Origin: Desulfobaccales bacterium
Lineage (GTDB): Bacteria > Desulfobacterota > Desulfobaccia > Desulfobaccales > 0-14-0-80-60-11
Assembly (NCBI GenBank): GCA_044451265.1
Contig: JBIOJX010000001.1
Coordinates: forward strand, 1,892-65,891
Direction: 5' to 3'
Length of the DNA stretch: 64,000 nt
In this document: positions 54,830 through 64,000 of the stretch, in pieces
How the letters are laid out: each line of letters begins with the position of its first letter
How positions within the stretch are numbered: the stretch's first letter is position 1
Position numbers and translations under genes: made by a program
The notes under the pieces: model-generated
Database searches by the model: none
Seen by the model: the letters and a program-made list of their open reading frames with translations, nothing else
What the model was told of the DNA's origin: nothing

Positions 54830-57800
54830 GCGAGAAACATGAAACGGAAAAAGTGAGCCGGCGGTATTTTCTAACCGCCTGCAGCGCCCTGGCCGGTGGC
54901 GTGGCCCTCAGCGCCTGGGGTTGCAGCTCTGAGCAAAAGGGCTTGGACGGCACCAAGCCTGGGCCCTATCCCATGGCCGACGCCGAGAACATCATCCACT
55001 CCACCTGCCTGCAATGCAATACGCAGTGCACCCTCAAGGTCAAGATCCAGGACGGCCTGGTTACCAAAATAGACGGAAATCCTTATAGCCCCATTGCGTT
55101 GTTTCCGCATTTGCCTTATGAAACCCCGCCCAAAGAAGCCGTGGCGGTTGATGGGGCGATTTGCCCGAAAGGTCAAGGCGGCGTGCAGACCCTCTATGAC
55201 CCCTATCGCGTGCGACGGGTCCTCAAACGCGCCGGGGCTCGCGGTTCGAACAAATGGCGCGCCATTCCCTTCGAACAGGCCATCCAGGAGATCAGCGAGG
55301 GCGGCCAACTATTTGCCGACCTTGGTGAGAAACGCGTGGTGCCGGGGTTCAAGGAGGTCATCAGGCTTAAGGACGCCAAGCTGGCCAAAGAACTGGCAGC
55401 CGATGTGGAGGCCATCCGTAGCGGTGCAATGACCGTAGAGGCTTTCAAAGCCAAGCATTCCGCACACCTGGATATGCTGATCGATCCGGATCATCCCGAC
55501 CTGGGGCCCAAGAACAATCAATTTGTCTTGCAGGGCGGACGTATCTCCCCGGATCGTGAAGTGATCACCAAACGTTTCGTTTTCGGGACCCTGGGATCGG
55601 CCAACTGGTTCGGGCACACGACCATTTGCGAACAGGCTCATCATGTGGCCTTCATGTACTCCCTGGCCCAATGGCACGAAAAAGACGGCAAGTTCTCCTG
55701 GGCCAAGGGCCCCAATCATATGAAGCCCGATTATACCCAGGCAGAGTTCGTGATCTTCTGGGGCACCGGCTTCAACGAAGCGAATTTCGGGCCTACCCCG
55801 ATGAGCCCCCGGGTGGCGCAGGCCATCGTGGACGGAAAGCTCAAGATCGCCGTGATCGACCCGCGGCTGTCGAAGAGTGCGGCCAAAGGCTGGTGGATTC
55901 CCGTCAATCCAACCGGCAACTTGGCGCTGGCCCTGGCCATGACCCGATGGATCATCGACAACAAAGGCTATGACGAAAAGTTCCTGCGGAATGCGAACAA
56001 GGCCGCGGCCAACGCCGCCGGCGAGAAGAGCTGGACCAATGCTACCTGGCTGGTGAACCCCAAAACCGGCAAATTTCTCCGTGCCGCCGAGGCGGGCGTG
56101 GGAACCCCGAACCAGTTCGTGGCGCTGGTGGGGGGCACACCGGTAGCCGTAGATCCTTCTGACACCAAGACCCCGGTGGTCGGCGATCTGGATGTGGCGG
56201 CAACTATTAACGGAATTCCGGTCTCTTCAAGCTTTAGACTGCTCAAGGAGGCGGCAGCCGTCAAAAGTCTGGCTGAATACGCCGAAATTGCCGGATTGGA
56301 CGCATCTCAGATTGAAGCCTTGGCAAGGGAGTTCACCGGTCACGGGAAAAAGGCTGCCATCGACTTTTACCGCGGTCCCATCAAAACGACTTATGGCTAT
56401 TATACCGCGCAAGCGATTATCATCCTGAACTTCCTCATCGGCAATGTGGACCATGTGGGCGGATTCATGAAAGGGGGTGGCGCCTGGGACGGCACCGGCG
56501 GGAAGCCGGGACAGCCTTTCCCGGTGGCCAAGCTGCATCCGAATGCACTGACGAACTTCGGCATCAAGCTGACGCGGGAAAGCTCGGGCCCGTACGAAAC
56601 CTGCACCCTCTTCAAGCGGGACGGCTATCCGGCGAAGCGGCCCTGGTTTCCCTTTACCGATGATGTGTACCAGGAGATTATCCCTACCGCGACCGCCGGC
56701 TACCCGTATCCGATTAAGATTCTCTGGATTCATTATGGCACCCCGGTGATGGCCTCGCCCGCCGGGCACCTCCAGATCAAGATGCTCCAGGATACCGAAA
56801 AGATTCCGCTCCTCATCGCCACGGATATCGTGATCGGCGAGACGAGCATGTACGCCGACTACATCTTTCCGGACCTGTCGTATCTGGAGCGCTGGTCCAA
56901 CCCGCTGGGCACCAGCCCGGTGGTCCTGACGCAGATCAGCAAATTCAGGCAACCGGTGGCGGCGCCGATCCCCGAGATCGTCACCATTGACGGCGAGGAG
57001 ATGCCGATCAGCCTTGATGCCACCCTGATAGCCCTGGCCAAAAAGTTGGGAGTATCCGGATTTGGCAAAGACGCCTTCGGACCCGGTCAAAACCTGAACC
57101 GGCCTGAGGATTTTTATCTCAAGATGGTCGCCAATCTTGCTGCCGGCGATAAGCCCGGAAATGCGGTGCCTGCAGCCGACGCGGCCGAGATGGAGTTATT
57201 GCGCCAAGCCAGGCGGCATCTGCCTAAGGCCGTTTTTGACGAGGAGAAGTGGCGGGCCGCGGTGGGCGACCATTGGCCGCAGGTGGCCTATCTGCTCAAC
57301 CGCGGCGGGCGGTTCGAGGCTAAATCGGGCGCTTACGAAGGAGGCTTTGCCAAGCACCCCTGGGCGAATCAACTGAACATCTATGTCGAGCCGGTCGGAA
57401 CAGGCATACACGCCGTGCAGGGCCAGCGGTTTTCGGGCGTGCCGGTTTATCAAGAGCTTGAATCCATCGACGGGAAGCCGGTATCGTCCCCAGATGAGTT
57501 CAACTTGGCGCTGATCACTTATAAGGAAATTCATGGCTGTGAGTCCCGCACGATCGGCAACTACGCCGCGCAGATGGCGATTATGCCGGAGAATTTCGTC
57601 AACTTGAATGCACTCGACGCCAAGCGCCTGGGCTTGGTTGACGGCGACACCGTGAGGGTCGAGACCGGGGGGTTCAAAGGGAGCTTCGAAGTGGGGCCGG
57701 GCCAGGCGCCAAGCAAAGTGGAAGGCAAGGTCCGCGTTACCCAAGGGCTGCGGCCGGGGGTGGTCAGCGTCTCTTTCCATTATGGCCACTGGGCTTACGG

Positions 57801-57978
57801 GTCTCGTGATATCGAAATAGATGGCCAGCGGATCCCTGGAGAGCCGGCGCGCGGTAAGGGGCTGGCGACCAATGCGGCGATGGCCGTCGATGGTTACCTT
57901 AAGGATGTCTGCCTGACGGACCCGATTGCCGGAGACAGCGCGTTCACTGGCAGGATAAAACTGGTCAAGATTGCCTAG
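54826..57978 (+). CDS. molybdopterin (bis-MGD) oxidoreductase catalytic subunit, 1050 aa, Tat signal with lipobox
   Basis: SRRYFLTACSALAGGVALSAWGCSS; N-terminal Fe-S motif HSTCLQCNTQCTLKV...CPKG; large MopB-type body; C-terminal ..GDTVRVET..G.....V.VT.G.RPGVVSVS.HYGHW beta-barrel domain. Confidence 0.92.
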   Translation: MSEKHETEKVSRRYFLTACSALAGGVALSAWGCSSEQKGLDGTKPGPYPMADAENIIHSTCLQCNTQCTLKVKIQDGLVTKIDGNPYSPIALFPHLPYETPPKEAVAVDGAICPKGQGGVQTLYDPYRVRRVLKRAGARGSNKWRAIPFEQAIQEISEGGQLFADLGEKRVVPGFKEVIRLKDAKLAKELAADVEAIRSGAMTVEAFKAKHSAHLDMLIDPDHPDLGPKNNQFVLQGGRISPDREVITKRFVFGTLGSANWFGHTTICEQAHHVAFMYSLAQWHEKDGKFSWAKGPNHMKPDYTQAEFVIFWGTGFNEANFGPTPMSPRVAQAIVDGKLKIAVIDPRLSKSAAKGWWIPVNPTGNLALALAMTRWIIDNKGYDEKFLRNANKAAANAAGEKSWTNATWLVNPKTGKFLRAAEAGVGTPNQFVALVGGTPVAVDPSDTKTPVVGDLDVAATINGIPVSSSFRLLKEAAAVKSLAEYAEIAGLDASQIEALAREFTGHGKKAAIDFYRGPIKTTYGYYTAQAIIILNFLIGNVDHVGGFMKGGGAWDGTGGKPGQPFPVAKLHPNALTNFGIKLTRESSGPYETCTLFKRDGYPAKRPWFPFTDDVYQEIIPTATAGYPYPIKILWIHYGTPVMASPAGHLQIKMLQDTEKIPLLIATDIVIGETSMYADYIFPDLSYLERWSNPLGTSPVVLTQISKFRQPVAAPIPEIVTIDGEEMPISLDATLIALAKKLGVSGFGKDAFGPGQNLNRPEDFYLKMVANLAAGDKPGNAVPAADAAEMELLRQARRHLPKAVFDEEKWRAAVGDHWPQVAYLLNRGGRFEAKSGAYEGGFAKHPWANQLNIYVEPVGTGIHAVQGQRFSGVPVYQELESIDGKPVSSPDEFNLALITYKEIHGCESRTIGNYAAQMAIMPENFVNLNALDAKRLGLVDGDTVRVETGGFKGSFEVGPGQAPSKVEGKVRVTQGLRPGVVSVSFHYGHWAYGSRDIEIDGQRIPGEPARGKGLATNAAMAVDGYLKDVCLTDPIAGDSAFTGRIKLVKIA

Positions 57979-58067
57979 GCGCTCGCCTTGGGGTGGTAGC
58001 CCTTCACCAGGATGAACTGGACCGCATCATAATCGGTGGCGCCATAGCCTTACAGGAGCCTAATGAG

Positions 58068-58784
58068 ATGGAGCAAGCCGTAAATACCAAGACCTCGGTG
58101 CAAACCTTTGAGGAGTTGCTGGCCGGTTCGGTAGCGGCTCATGGCCACCTGTGCCCAGGTCAGATCGTGGGAGTACGGATGGGCCTCCTGGGCCTGCGCC
58201 TCCTGGGTTTCGAGGCCCCGCCGACGTATCCCCAACTGAAGCAGCTCGTCGTCTTTATCGAGATGGACCGCTGCACCGGCGACGCGGTGGCTTTTGTCAC
58301 CAATGTTAAGCTGGGGCGGCGGTCCCTGAAGTTCATGGACTACGGCATCATGGCGGCCACCTTCGTAAATCTGGAAAGTGGCCGGGCCTTCCGGGTCATC
58401 TCTACTGAGGAATCCCGGGACCTGGCCCTGATGTACGCCCCCCTGGAGACCGACAAGCGCGCGGCCCAATTGACCGCGTACCGGATTATGCCGGATAGCG
58501 TGCTCTTCCGGGTGCAGCAGGTGCAAGTCGACCTGACCCCCTTTGACCTGCCGGGCCCGACCCGCCGCAAAGTTACCTGCGTGCACTGCGGCCAGGTGGT
58601 CCGGGATAACCGGGAGGTGGTCAAAGATGGCCTGTCTTACTGTCGGCCATGCGCCGGCGGGGGATATTTTACGGCGGCCCGAGAGATTGCCTGGGAAGAA
58701 ATGAACTGGGCGCCGATATCACCGGGTCTGAAAAAACCTGGTTTACCGATCCCAAATGAGTCGGCCGCAGGGAGCCGCCAGTAG
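58068..58784 (+). CDS. FmdE-family protein with C-terminal zinc ribbon
   Basis: ..AAHGHLCPGQIVGVRMG.. FmdE signature; ..CVHCGQVV...SYCRPCAG. Internal ATG at 58068 preferred over GTG at 57993. Confidence 0.8.
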   Translation: MEQAVNTKTSVQTFEELLAGSVAAHGHLCPGQIVGVRMGLLGLRLLGFEAPPTYPQLKQLVVFIEMDRCTGDAVAFVTNVKLGRRSLKFMDYGIMAATFVNLESGRAFRVISTEESRDLALMYAPLETDKRAAQLTAYRIMPDSVLFRVQQVQVDLTPFDLPGPTRRKVTCVHCGQVVRDNREVVKDGLSYCRPCAGGGYFTAAREIAWEEMNWAPISPGLKKPGLPIPNESAAGSRQ

Positions 58785-58800
58785 TCATGAGGTCATTGAG

Positions 58801-59832
58801 ATGATTAAAACCATAAAGCTGGAAGAAGCCATCGGGACCGAACTGGCACATGATATCACCGAGATTCGACCGGGAGAATTCAAGGGTCCCGCCTTCCGCA
58901 AGGGTCACACTGTCTGCCAGGACGATATCTGCCGCATGCAGCGCCTGGGGAAAAACCACCTCTACGTTATCGATCTCGAGGCCGATGAAATCCATGAGAA
59001 CGAAGCTGCGGCCATCCTGGCCGGGGCCCTGGCCGGCGAGGGAGTGACCTGGGAAAATAATCCCAGGGAAGGAAAAATCAATCTCTATGCCGATCGGGAT
59101 GGTCTGCTCCAGGTGGGCGTCCAGGCCCTGGCTGCGTTTAATCTGGTGGATGAGGTGATGTGCGCCACCCTACATAATCATACCATGGTGAAGAAAGGGG
59201 AACTCATTGGCGCCACCCGAGCCATCCCACTGATCATGAAACGAGCCGCCATCGAACGTGCCGCGAGCATTGCCCGTCAAAATGACGCGGTGCTGGCAGT
59301 GCGCCCCCTGACGCAGGCTAAAGCCGGCCTGGTCATCACCGGCAACGAAGTCTATCATGGCCTGATCCAGGACCGGTTCGCTCCCATCCTCTCAGCCAAG
59401 TTGGAGCGTCTGGGGTCCGAGGTGGCTGCTCTTACCTTCGCCCCGGATGATGCCGGGATGATCACCGCCGCCATTCGCGACCATCTAAGCCGGGGCTGCA
59501 ACCTGCTCCTGCTCAGCGGCGGCATGAGCGTGGACCCGGATGACGTCACCCGCCACGCCATCCGCCAGGCCGGGGCCACCGAAATGCATTACGGGTCAGC
59601 GGTCCTGCCCGGGGCAATGTTCCTGGTGGCTTATCTGGGAGAGACGCCCTTGCTGGGGGTGCCCGCCTGTGCCCTGCACCACCCGGTTACCGCCCTGGAC
59701 CTGGTTTTGCCGCGCATCCTGGCGGGGGAACGCCTCGGCAAGCTGGAACTGGCCCTCCTGGGGCATGGCGGCCTGTGCCGGGACTGCCCCCAGTGCAGCT
59801 ACCCCCATTGCCCCTTCGGCAAAGGCATGTGA
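58801..59832 (+). CDS. molybdopterin-binding (MoeA/MoaB-like domain) protein
   Basis: ..VITGNEVYHGLIQDRFAPILSAKLERLGSEV....LLLLSGGMSVDPDDVT.. MoCF-biosynthesis-domain pattern. Start MIKTIKL. Confidence 0.7.
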   Translation: MIKTIKLEEAIGTELAHDITEIRPGEFKGPAFRKGHTVCQDDICRMQRLGKNHLYVIDLEADEIHENEAAAILAGALAGEGVTWENNPREGKINLYADRDGLLQVGVQALAAFNLVDEVMCATLHNHTMVKKGELIGATRAIPLIMKRAAIERAASIARQNDAVLAVRPLTQAKAGLVITGNEVYHGLIQDRFAPILSAKLERLGSEVAALTFAPDDAGMITAAIRDHLSRGCNLLLLSGGMSVDPDDVTRHAIRQAGATEMHYGSAVLPGAMFLVAYLGETPLLGVPACALHHPVTALDLVLPRILAGERLGKLELALLGHGGLCRDCPQCSYPHCPFGKGM

Positions 59833-59835
59833 GTC

Positions 59836-60813
59836 ATGGAAGAAGCCGCTGCACGGCAAATCAATTATCTGCGGATTTCCATTACGGACCGCTGCAATCT
59901 CCGTTGCGGCTATTGTACCTATTGGCAGGAATTTGAACGGTTGCCGCCCGGGGAGATCCTCAGCTATGAGGAGTTGTTGCGGCTTGCCGCGGTGGCGGCG
60001 AAGATTGGCATTCGGAAAATCAGGGTCACCGGCGGCGAGCCCCTGGTGCGCCGGGGAGTGGTGGACTTTCTCCATAACCTGCACCGGACGCCCGGGATTG
60101 AGGAAGTATGCCTGACCACCAATGGCGTGCTGCTGGCGGACTTGGCTCCGGCCTTATATGAGACAGGACTCCGCCACCTTAACCTCAGCCTGGACACCCT
60201 GCGCCGTGAGCGCTATCGAGAAATCACCGGCCGGGATAATTTGGGGGAGGTCCTGGCCGGACTGGAGCGGGCCGTCACCCTGGGCTTCGGCCCTTTAAAA
60301 ATCAATTGTGTGGTGTTGGCCGGCATCAATGACGATGAGCTGATGGATCTGGCCCTCCTGGCCAGGGATCACCCCTATCAGGTGCGGTTCATCGAGCTGA
60401 TGCCCACGGTTTCGCCCCGGCAGTGGCAGCAGAACTTTCTTCCCATGGCGGAGGTCCGCCGTCGTCTGGCCGCTCTGGGTCCCATGGCCGCGACGGACCG
60501 CCGGACTACAGACGGTCCGGCCCAGATCTTTCAGCTACCCGGCTTTCAAGGAGAACTGGGGTTTATCACCCCCATCAGTTCCCATCACTGCCGCACCTGC
60601 AATCGCCTGCGTCTGACCGCAGGCGGCGCCTTGCGGCCCTGTCTTTTTGGCGACGCCGAAATTGATGTAAAGACCCCCTTGAGGCAAGGGGCCTCCGAGG
60701 GTTGGCTGGCTTCGCTTTTCGCCGAAGCCATCACCCAAAAATCCGCCAGATTCTCCTTGCCACCCGCTCCTTTCCCCCTTTACAGCTCCTCCATGGTCAG
60801 CATCGGCGGCTGA
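59836..60813 (+). CDS. moaA: GTP 3',8-cyclase (molybdenum cofactor biosynthesis protein A)
   Basis: INYLRISITDRCNLRCGYCTY, VTGGEPLVR, TTNG..L, C-terminal CxxCNRLRLTAGGALRPCLF. Confidence 0.92.
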   Translation: MEEAAARQINYLRISITDRCNLRCGYCTYWQEFERLPPGEILSYEELLRLAAVAAKIGIRKIRVTGGEPLVRRGVVDFLHNLHRTPGIEEVCLTTNGVLLADLAPALYETGLRHLNLSLDTLRRERYREITGRDNLGEVLAGLERAVTLGFGPLKINCVVLAGINDDELMDLALLARDHPYQVRFIELMPTVSPRQWQQNFLPMAEVRRRLAALGPMAATDRRTTDGPAQIFQLPGFQGELGFITPISSHHCRTCNRLRLTAGGALRPCLFGDAEIDVKTPLRQGASEGWLASLFAEAITQKSARFSLPPAPFPLYSSSMVSIGG

Positions 60814-61280
60814 TCTATTAGAAAGTTGGCCTTAGCCCTTACAGTATCTTCTTAGATTCGCACTGCTGAACTGGTTGATAGCTTGTCACTATACGCCCTT
60901 CCGCTAATCTTTCCATATGATTCGTATATCGGAAGGCCTTTGCAAATGAAGTTTGGATTGGGATTTCCGCCGAAAAATTAAAAAATCTCCGAGGCCATCA
61001 TATTTACCCGGGGATAGTCATAGTGCGAAGATTTCCGGTTTCCGACCCAGACTAAGGCCAGAGCGCGAGATCGGGTAGTGATGACGCCAAAACGGCGGGC
61101 GTGAAGAAATCGGCACGGGGTGCCTTCTCTTAGCCGACGTTGCCTACCTGGAGCGCCGGCAATCTGAAATGCGCCCCCAGACCTCCCTCCAGAAAGATAA
61201 ATCTATGGCGCACAGGACCACTCACAGCCCCGCCACGGCCTGGGAAAGGAGACAGCCGAGGAAGAGGTCATGGGCGCCTT

Positions 61281-61409
61281 GAAATGCTTAAATCGGCCCA
61301 GGAAGGCCCGCCGCCCAAACATATTTTGCTTATAAAATTTTTAGCTTGGGTCCCATCCCCGGGGGGGGTACTTCGATTTTTCCGTGATCGGATTTTGGAA
61401 AAAAATCTC
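61281..61409 (+). pseudogene. decayed fragment resembling the N-terminal (DUF772-like) region of an IS5-family transposase
   Basis: ..EGPPPKHILLIKFLAWVPSPGGVLRFFRDRILEK.. vaguely matches GRP..P..L....LL......S...L.....DR. Surrounded by homopolymer runs and no intact ORF. Confidence 0.3.
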
Positions 61410-61700
61410 CGTACCACCCATATATTAAACAAGGGGGGGACCACCCTTCATCTCCGGCTTTTGATTCCGGGGCCGAAAAATATGTAGGGAAGGACAGGTG
61501 AGATGGGATGCAAATTGGCAGGGCCAATAGTTGCTCATTGGCTCCGCTTGGTCAACATTTGGTCAACAATTTGCTGAAAATAACCCCCCTTTCCCTTGGG
61601 TTTCCCTGCCTGCCCCGATTGAGGGTATATGGGGATAACTATCTAATTTACTTCTGTGTTGGGCTATCCCCATATATCCCAATTTTTCCACAGATAAGAG

Positions 61701-61745
61701 CTGAAAATCCCCGTGTCGGCAGTTCGATTCTGTCCCCCGCCACCA
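61701..61745 (+). repeat. attR core: perfect 45-nt copy of the tRNA-Phe 3' part
   Basis: Identical to 5636-5680. No 5' half of a tRNA precedes it. Followed by about 60 nt resembling the integrase 3' end. Confidence 0.85.
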
Positions 61746-61936
61746 ATGATTTCAGGGGTTAGCCTCAAAGGCTGCCCTTTTTTTATGCCGCTGTTAACGT
61801 TTTGACCCATCCAGGCTATCCTGGGCCTCTGGTGCTGCCGGAAAATCCAAGGTATCGATTCTTTGTATTCCTGCCTAAGAGAAAATCCTAGAGGGAAAGG
61901 TAAGGAATAATCCCAGCAAAATCTCCAGCTGTGCCG

Positions 61937-62248
61937 TTACCTGGTCTGCGGTTCCCAACAGGAGGAGGCCTCATTAAACACCATGCCCTGGCCATTCAGG
62001 TCGCACCTCCACCGATTGCCGTCTTTGCGCACGTTTCTGGCTTCAGCCGGCGCAATCGGGGACAATTCATTCGGCGTTCCGATCTGGCTGCGCATATAGT
62101 CGGTCATGGGGGGTTGTTCTATCGCAATCACGGGCGATGGTGTTTTAGATGAGGCTGGCTGCAGCGCAGGCGAGGCGCATCCACCCGCCCAGATGATCAA
62201 CATGGAAGCTGCTACAGCCATTCCGGAAAGATAAATCTTTTTCTGCAT
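61937..62248 (-). CDS. small lipoprotein, hypothetical
   Basis: MQKKIYLSGMAVAASMLIIWAGGC lipobox. Confidence 0.6.
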   Translation of the reverse strand: MQKKIYLSGMAVAASMLIIWAGGCASPALQPASSKTPSPVIAIEQPPMTDYMRSQIGTPNELSPIAPAEARNVRKDGNRWRCDLNGQGMVFNEASSCWEPQTR

Positions 62249-62360
62249 CTCCTTAACCTCCCGGCTCTGTTATTAGTCACAAAATCCTTGACAAAATAAT
62301 CCTAATAGCAAATAAGTTAGATACTTATTTCAACCATGTCAAATAGAAAGGAAAATTCCC

Positions 62361-62795
62361 ATGGCCACAGAAACTTTGAAATTAACCGCGCAGATTATCT
62401 TGTCCCATGCCTCCAGGTCTGAATTGTCTTCCCAGGAATTAGTGGAGGAGATTAAAGACGTCTATAACACTTTGGCTGCTTTGGAAGGCGGTGAAGTAAT
62501 TCCAGAGACCATGGCTCCGGAAAAGACTGAAGCAGTGCAGAAACCGTCGATACCTCTGAAAGATATCGTCAAGGAAAAATATGTAGTCTGTCTGGAGTGC
62601 GGGAAAAAGATGCGGACCTTAAAAGCCCATATTCGCAAAGCTCATAATTTGCAACCGAAAGAATATGCGCAGCGCTTTGGTTTGGACCTAAAAAAGTATC
62701 CTCTCGTGTGCAAAGAATATTCTTTGCAGCGGAGCAAGATGGCAAAAGATCGAGGATTTGGAGTGAAGGGAACTCACCATAAAGCGACGGCTTAA
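62361..62795 (+). CDS. MucR/Ros-family zinc-finger transcriptional regulator
   Basis: ..YVVCLECGKKMRTLKAHIRKAHNLQPKEYAQRFGLDLKKYPLVCKEYSLQRSKMAK. Confidence 0.85.
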   Translation: MATETLKLTAQIILSHASRSELSSQELVEEIKDVYNTLAALEGGEVIPETMAPEKTEAVQKPSIPLKDIVKEKYVVCLECGKKMRTLKAHIRKAHNLQPKEYAQRFGLDLKKYPLVCKEYSLQRSKMAKDRGFGVKGTHHKATA

Positions 62796-62914
62796 ACAAC
62801 CTGAGAATTATGATGGGGACTTGACCCGCGGTAAAACCACAGATCCTGGCGCTGGCTATTGCCGGATTGCCAAAACTCCGGCTCGGGTAGCTGCCAGCGC
62901 CGAGCGGCGCTGAG

Positions 62915-63220
62915 CTATTCGGGAATAATTCTCCCCAACTCCCATTCAGCTGCTAATTCCAAGCCCACCAGGAAGCTTCCCGGTTTGGGATCGTGGGGCG
63001 AAATCCAGATTACGTGCCCCTTGCGACAAATCGCGGTTACCTTGTCAGGCAGGGAAAAAATGAATTCTATCTGATCCCCGGGGGTATACTGGAAAGGAGT
63101 CTCGATTTTGGCCCCGGTTTCGCTAAAGTTTAACAGATAGATATCAGCCTGGGGTTGACGATCAATCTCCTTGATTTCCAAGAAGATAGATATCCGCTGG
63201 GAACTGCGTTTTTCTCCCAT
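62915..63220 (-). CDS. PilZ-domain protein
   Basis: RSSQR (RxxxR) and NFSETGAKIE (D/NxSxxG) motifs; 101 aa. Confidence 0.75.
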   Translation of the reverse strand: MGEKRSSQRISIFLEIKEIDRQPQADIYLLNFSETGAKIETPFQYTPGDQIEFIFSLPDKVTAICRKGHVIWISPHDPKPGSFLVGLELAAEWELGRIIPE

Positions 63221-63672
63221 ATCTCGTCCTCACCTCGCCACGCTTTGGCTTTCTGCCGATAGTCAGTGCAAGAATTATGCTACCCGTGCCATAAAATATC
63301 AATGAGTGAATTTATTAACTAATTTAAAGTCTATTTATTAATTAAGGTGATTTTAACACCCCCAATCTTCCATTAATTGGTTAACAATCTTGACGTACCG
63401 TTTAATTTCTTTATCCCTGAGGGCTGATCCAATCAACAAATTTTCCCGACCCGGCCACTGGACCAGAGAGATCAAGGGCCGCCTGGTTCTGAACATCCCC
63501 GCTTAGGCAGTTTGCTCCTGTCCCGGCCAGATAGAAGGTGATAAATCCCGTGGCCCCTAGGTCAGGGGTTCTTTTTAGCCTTTTTAGGACTGCCGATCCT
63601 GTCCGCGTTAGTTTAGCAGTTATTTCAAACCATTGCCCTACCTAGGCACTCGGGTGGCCAGGCGCTCCCAAT

Positions 63673-63699
63673 TTAAGTAAAACCGCTTTGTGCCGATGA
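63673..63699 (+). promoter_or_regulatory. possible sigma-28 (FliA) promoter TTAA-N15-GCCGATGA
   Basis: Matches the -10 GCCGATAA well; the -35 is weaker. About 145 nt upstream of flgM. Confidence 0.3.
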
Positions 63700-63842
63700 A
63701 TGTATATGAAGGAGAAAATTTTCCGCATCTGCAGGGCGAGGGTAATTTTGGGGTGCGGGTCGCACTGATTTATGGAGGTTAATTCGGGGCCTCGCCGGCC
63801 GGGTGAGTACCGGGCAGGCTACTTGGCCGATCTGAGTCGCAT

Positions 63843-64000
63843 ATGGGAGTACCGAGGAAGAAGGCTACCAATCAAAGCGGGAAGGAGGCGGAGTTGCAGC
63901 AATTAGCCTGGCGTTCTCTTAACGAGGTCCCGGAGGTGCGACCGGAGAAGGTGGCGGCCTTGCGGCAGGCTATCCAGCAAGGCAGCTACCGGATCGATCC
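63843..64000 (+). CDS. flgM: anti-sigma-28 factor FlgM, partial (3' end outside window)
   Basis: Absent from the ORF track because it runs off the window. MGVPRKKATNQSGKEAELQQLAWRSLNEVPEVRPEKVAALRQAIQQGSYRID.., matching the FlgM C-terminal E.V..L..AI..G.Y.vD pattern. Confidence 0.65.
   Translation, partial: MGVPRKKATNQSGKEAELQQLAWRSLNEVPEVRPEKVAALRQAIQQGSYRID

Noticed and set aside
54826-57978. Calling the molybdoenzyme an arsenate respiratory reductase (ArrA), an arsenite oxidase (ArxA/AioA) or a formate dehydrogenase, because of the arsenic context.
   Set aside because: The gene order B-C-A, the 1050-aa size and the dual Tat signals fit Ttr-like enzymes better than Arr/Arx, which are A-B ordered with A subunits of about 850 aa. 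There is no in-frame UGA or Fdh signature. Clade assignment needs a phylogeny I cannot run.
61140-61487. 115-aa plus-strand ORF considered as an intact gene.
   Set aside because: It is Pro/Gly/Arg-rich with homopolymer runs. Only a short stretch resembles an IS5-type transposase N-terminus, so it is treated as a relic.

Overview
GC-rich bacterial window. Gene content suggests an anaerobic, Desulfobacterota-like organism, but that is inference only. All calls come from reading the ORF track and the raw sequence by eye; no searches were run.

Left flank (1-5600): a partial YkgJ-type CxxCxxCC protein, M28 peptidase, cupin, DUF457 hydrolase, and a receiver-PAS-Ser/Thr kinase.

Island boundaries: a complete tRNA-Phe(GAA) at 5605-5680 is followed directly by a tyrosine integrase and an excisionase. 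The last 45 nt of the tRNA recur perfectly at 61701-61745. The ~56 kb in between therefore looks like a tRNA-Phe-integrated genomic island. Decay scars are an integrase fragment, an ABC ATPase fragment, an IS5-like remnant and older att/int remnants.

Island cargo:
- (i) A nine-gene V/A-type ATPase operon plus a Usp.
- (ii) SufC plus SufB/D, a rubrerythrin-like protein, DUF1573, and two tandem RnfB-type Fe-S-domain paralogs.
- (iii) A long co-directional arsenic/thiol-redox array. It holds 2 ArsC, several thioredoxin-fold proteins, and an orphan lipoyl module (LplA-like, LipA, Lpd, GcvH-like) interleaved with OsmC and DGC-domain proteins. It also holds ArsM, ArsP, CcdA, a periplasmic Trx, 2 tandem-domain Usp, Acr3 and 2 ArsR.
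- (iv) A DGC-like/OsmC-like pair and an AhpD-like/ECF-sigma pair that share an identical ECF-type promoter.
- (v) A Spy/CpxP-like protein, O-methyltransferase, APC permease, rhodanese + MauE/DoxX, a third ArsR with a DGC protein, and a radical SAM/SPASM protein.
- (vi) A PhnD-like binding protein and a membrane-anchored sigma-54 activator. These sit upstream of a sigma-54 promoter driving a ttrBCA-ordered molybdopterin oxidoreductase with FmdE-like, MoeA-like and MoaA genes.

Right flank: a lipoprotein, MucR/Ros, PilZ, and partial flgM.

Most interesting:
- the lipoyl/OsmC/DGC redox module inside the ars array;
- a shared vicinal-Cys N-terminal cassette on unrelated folds;
- a recurrent operator-like 16-mer at six promoters;
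- the duplicated ECF promoter;
- two possible UGA-selenocysteine read-through ORFs;
- the island architecture itself.
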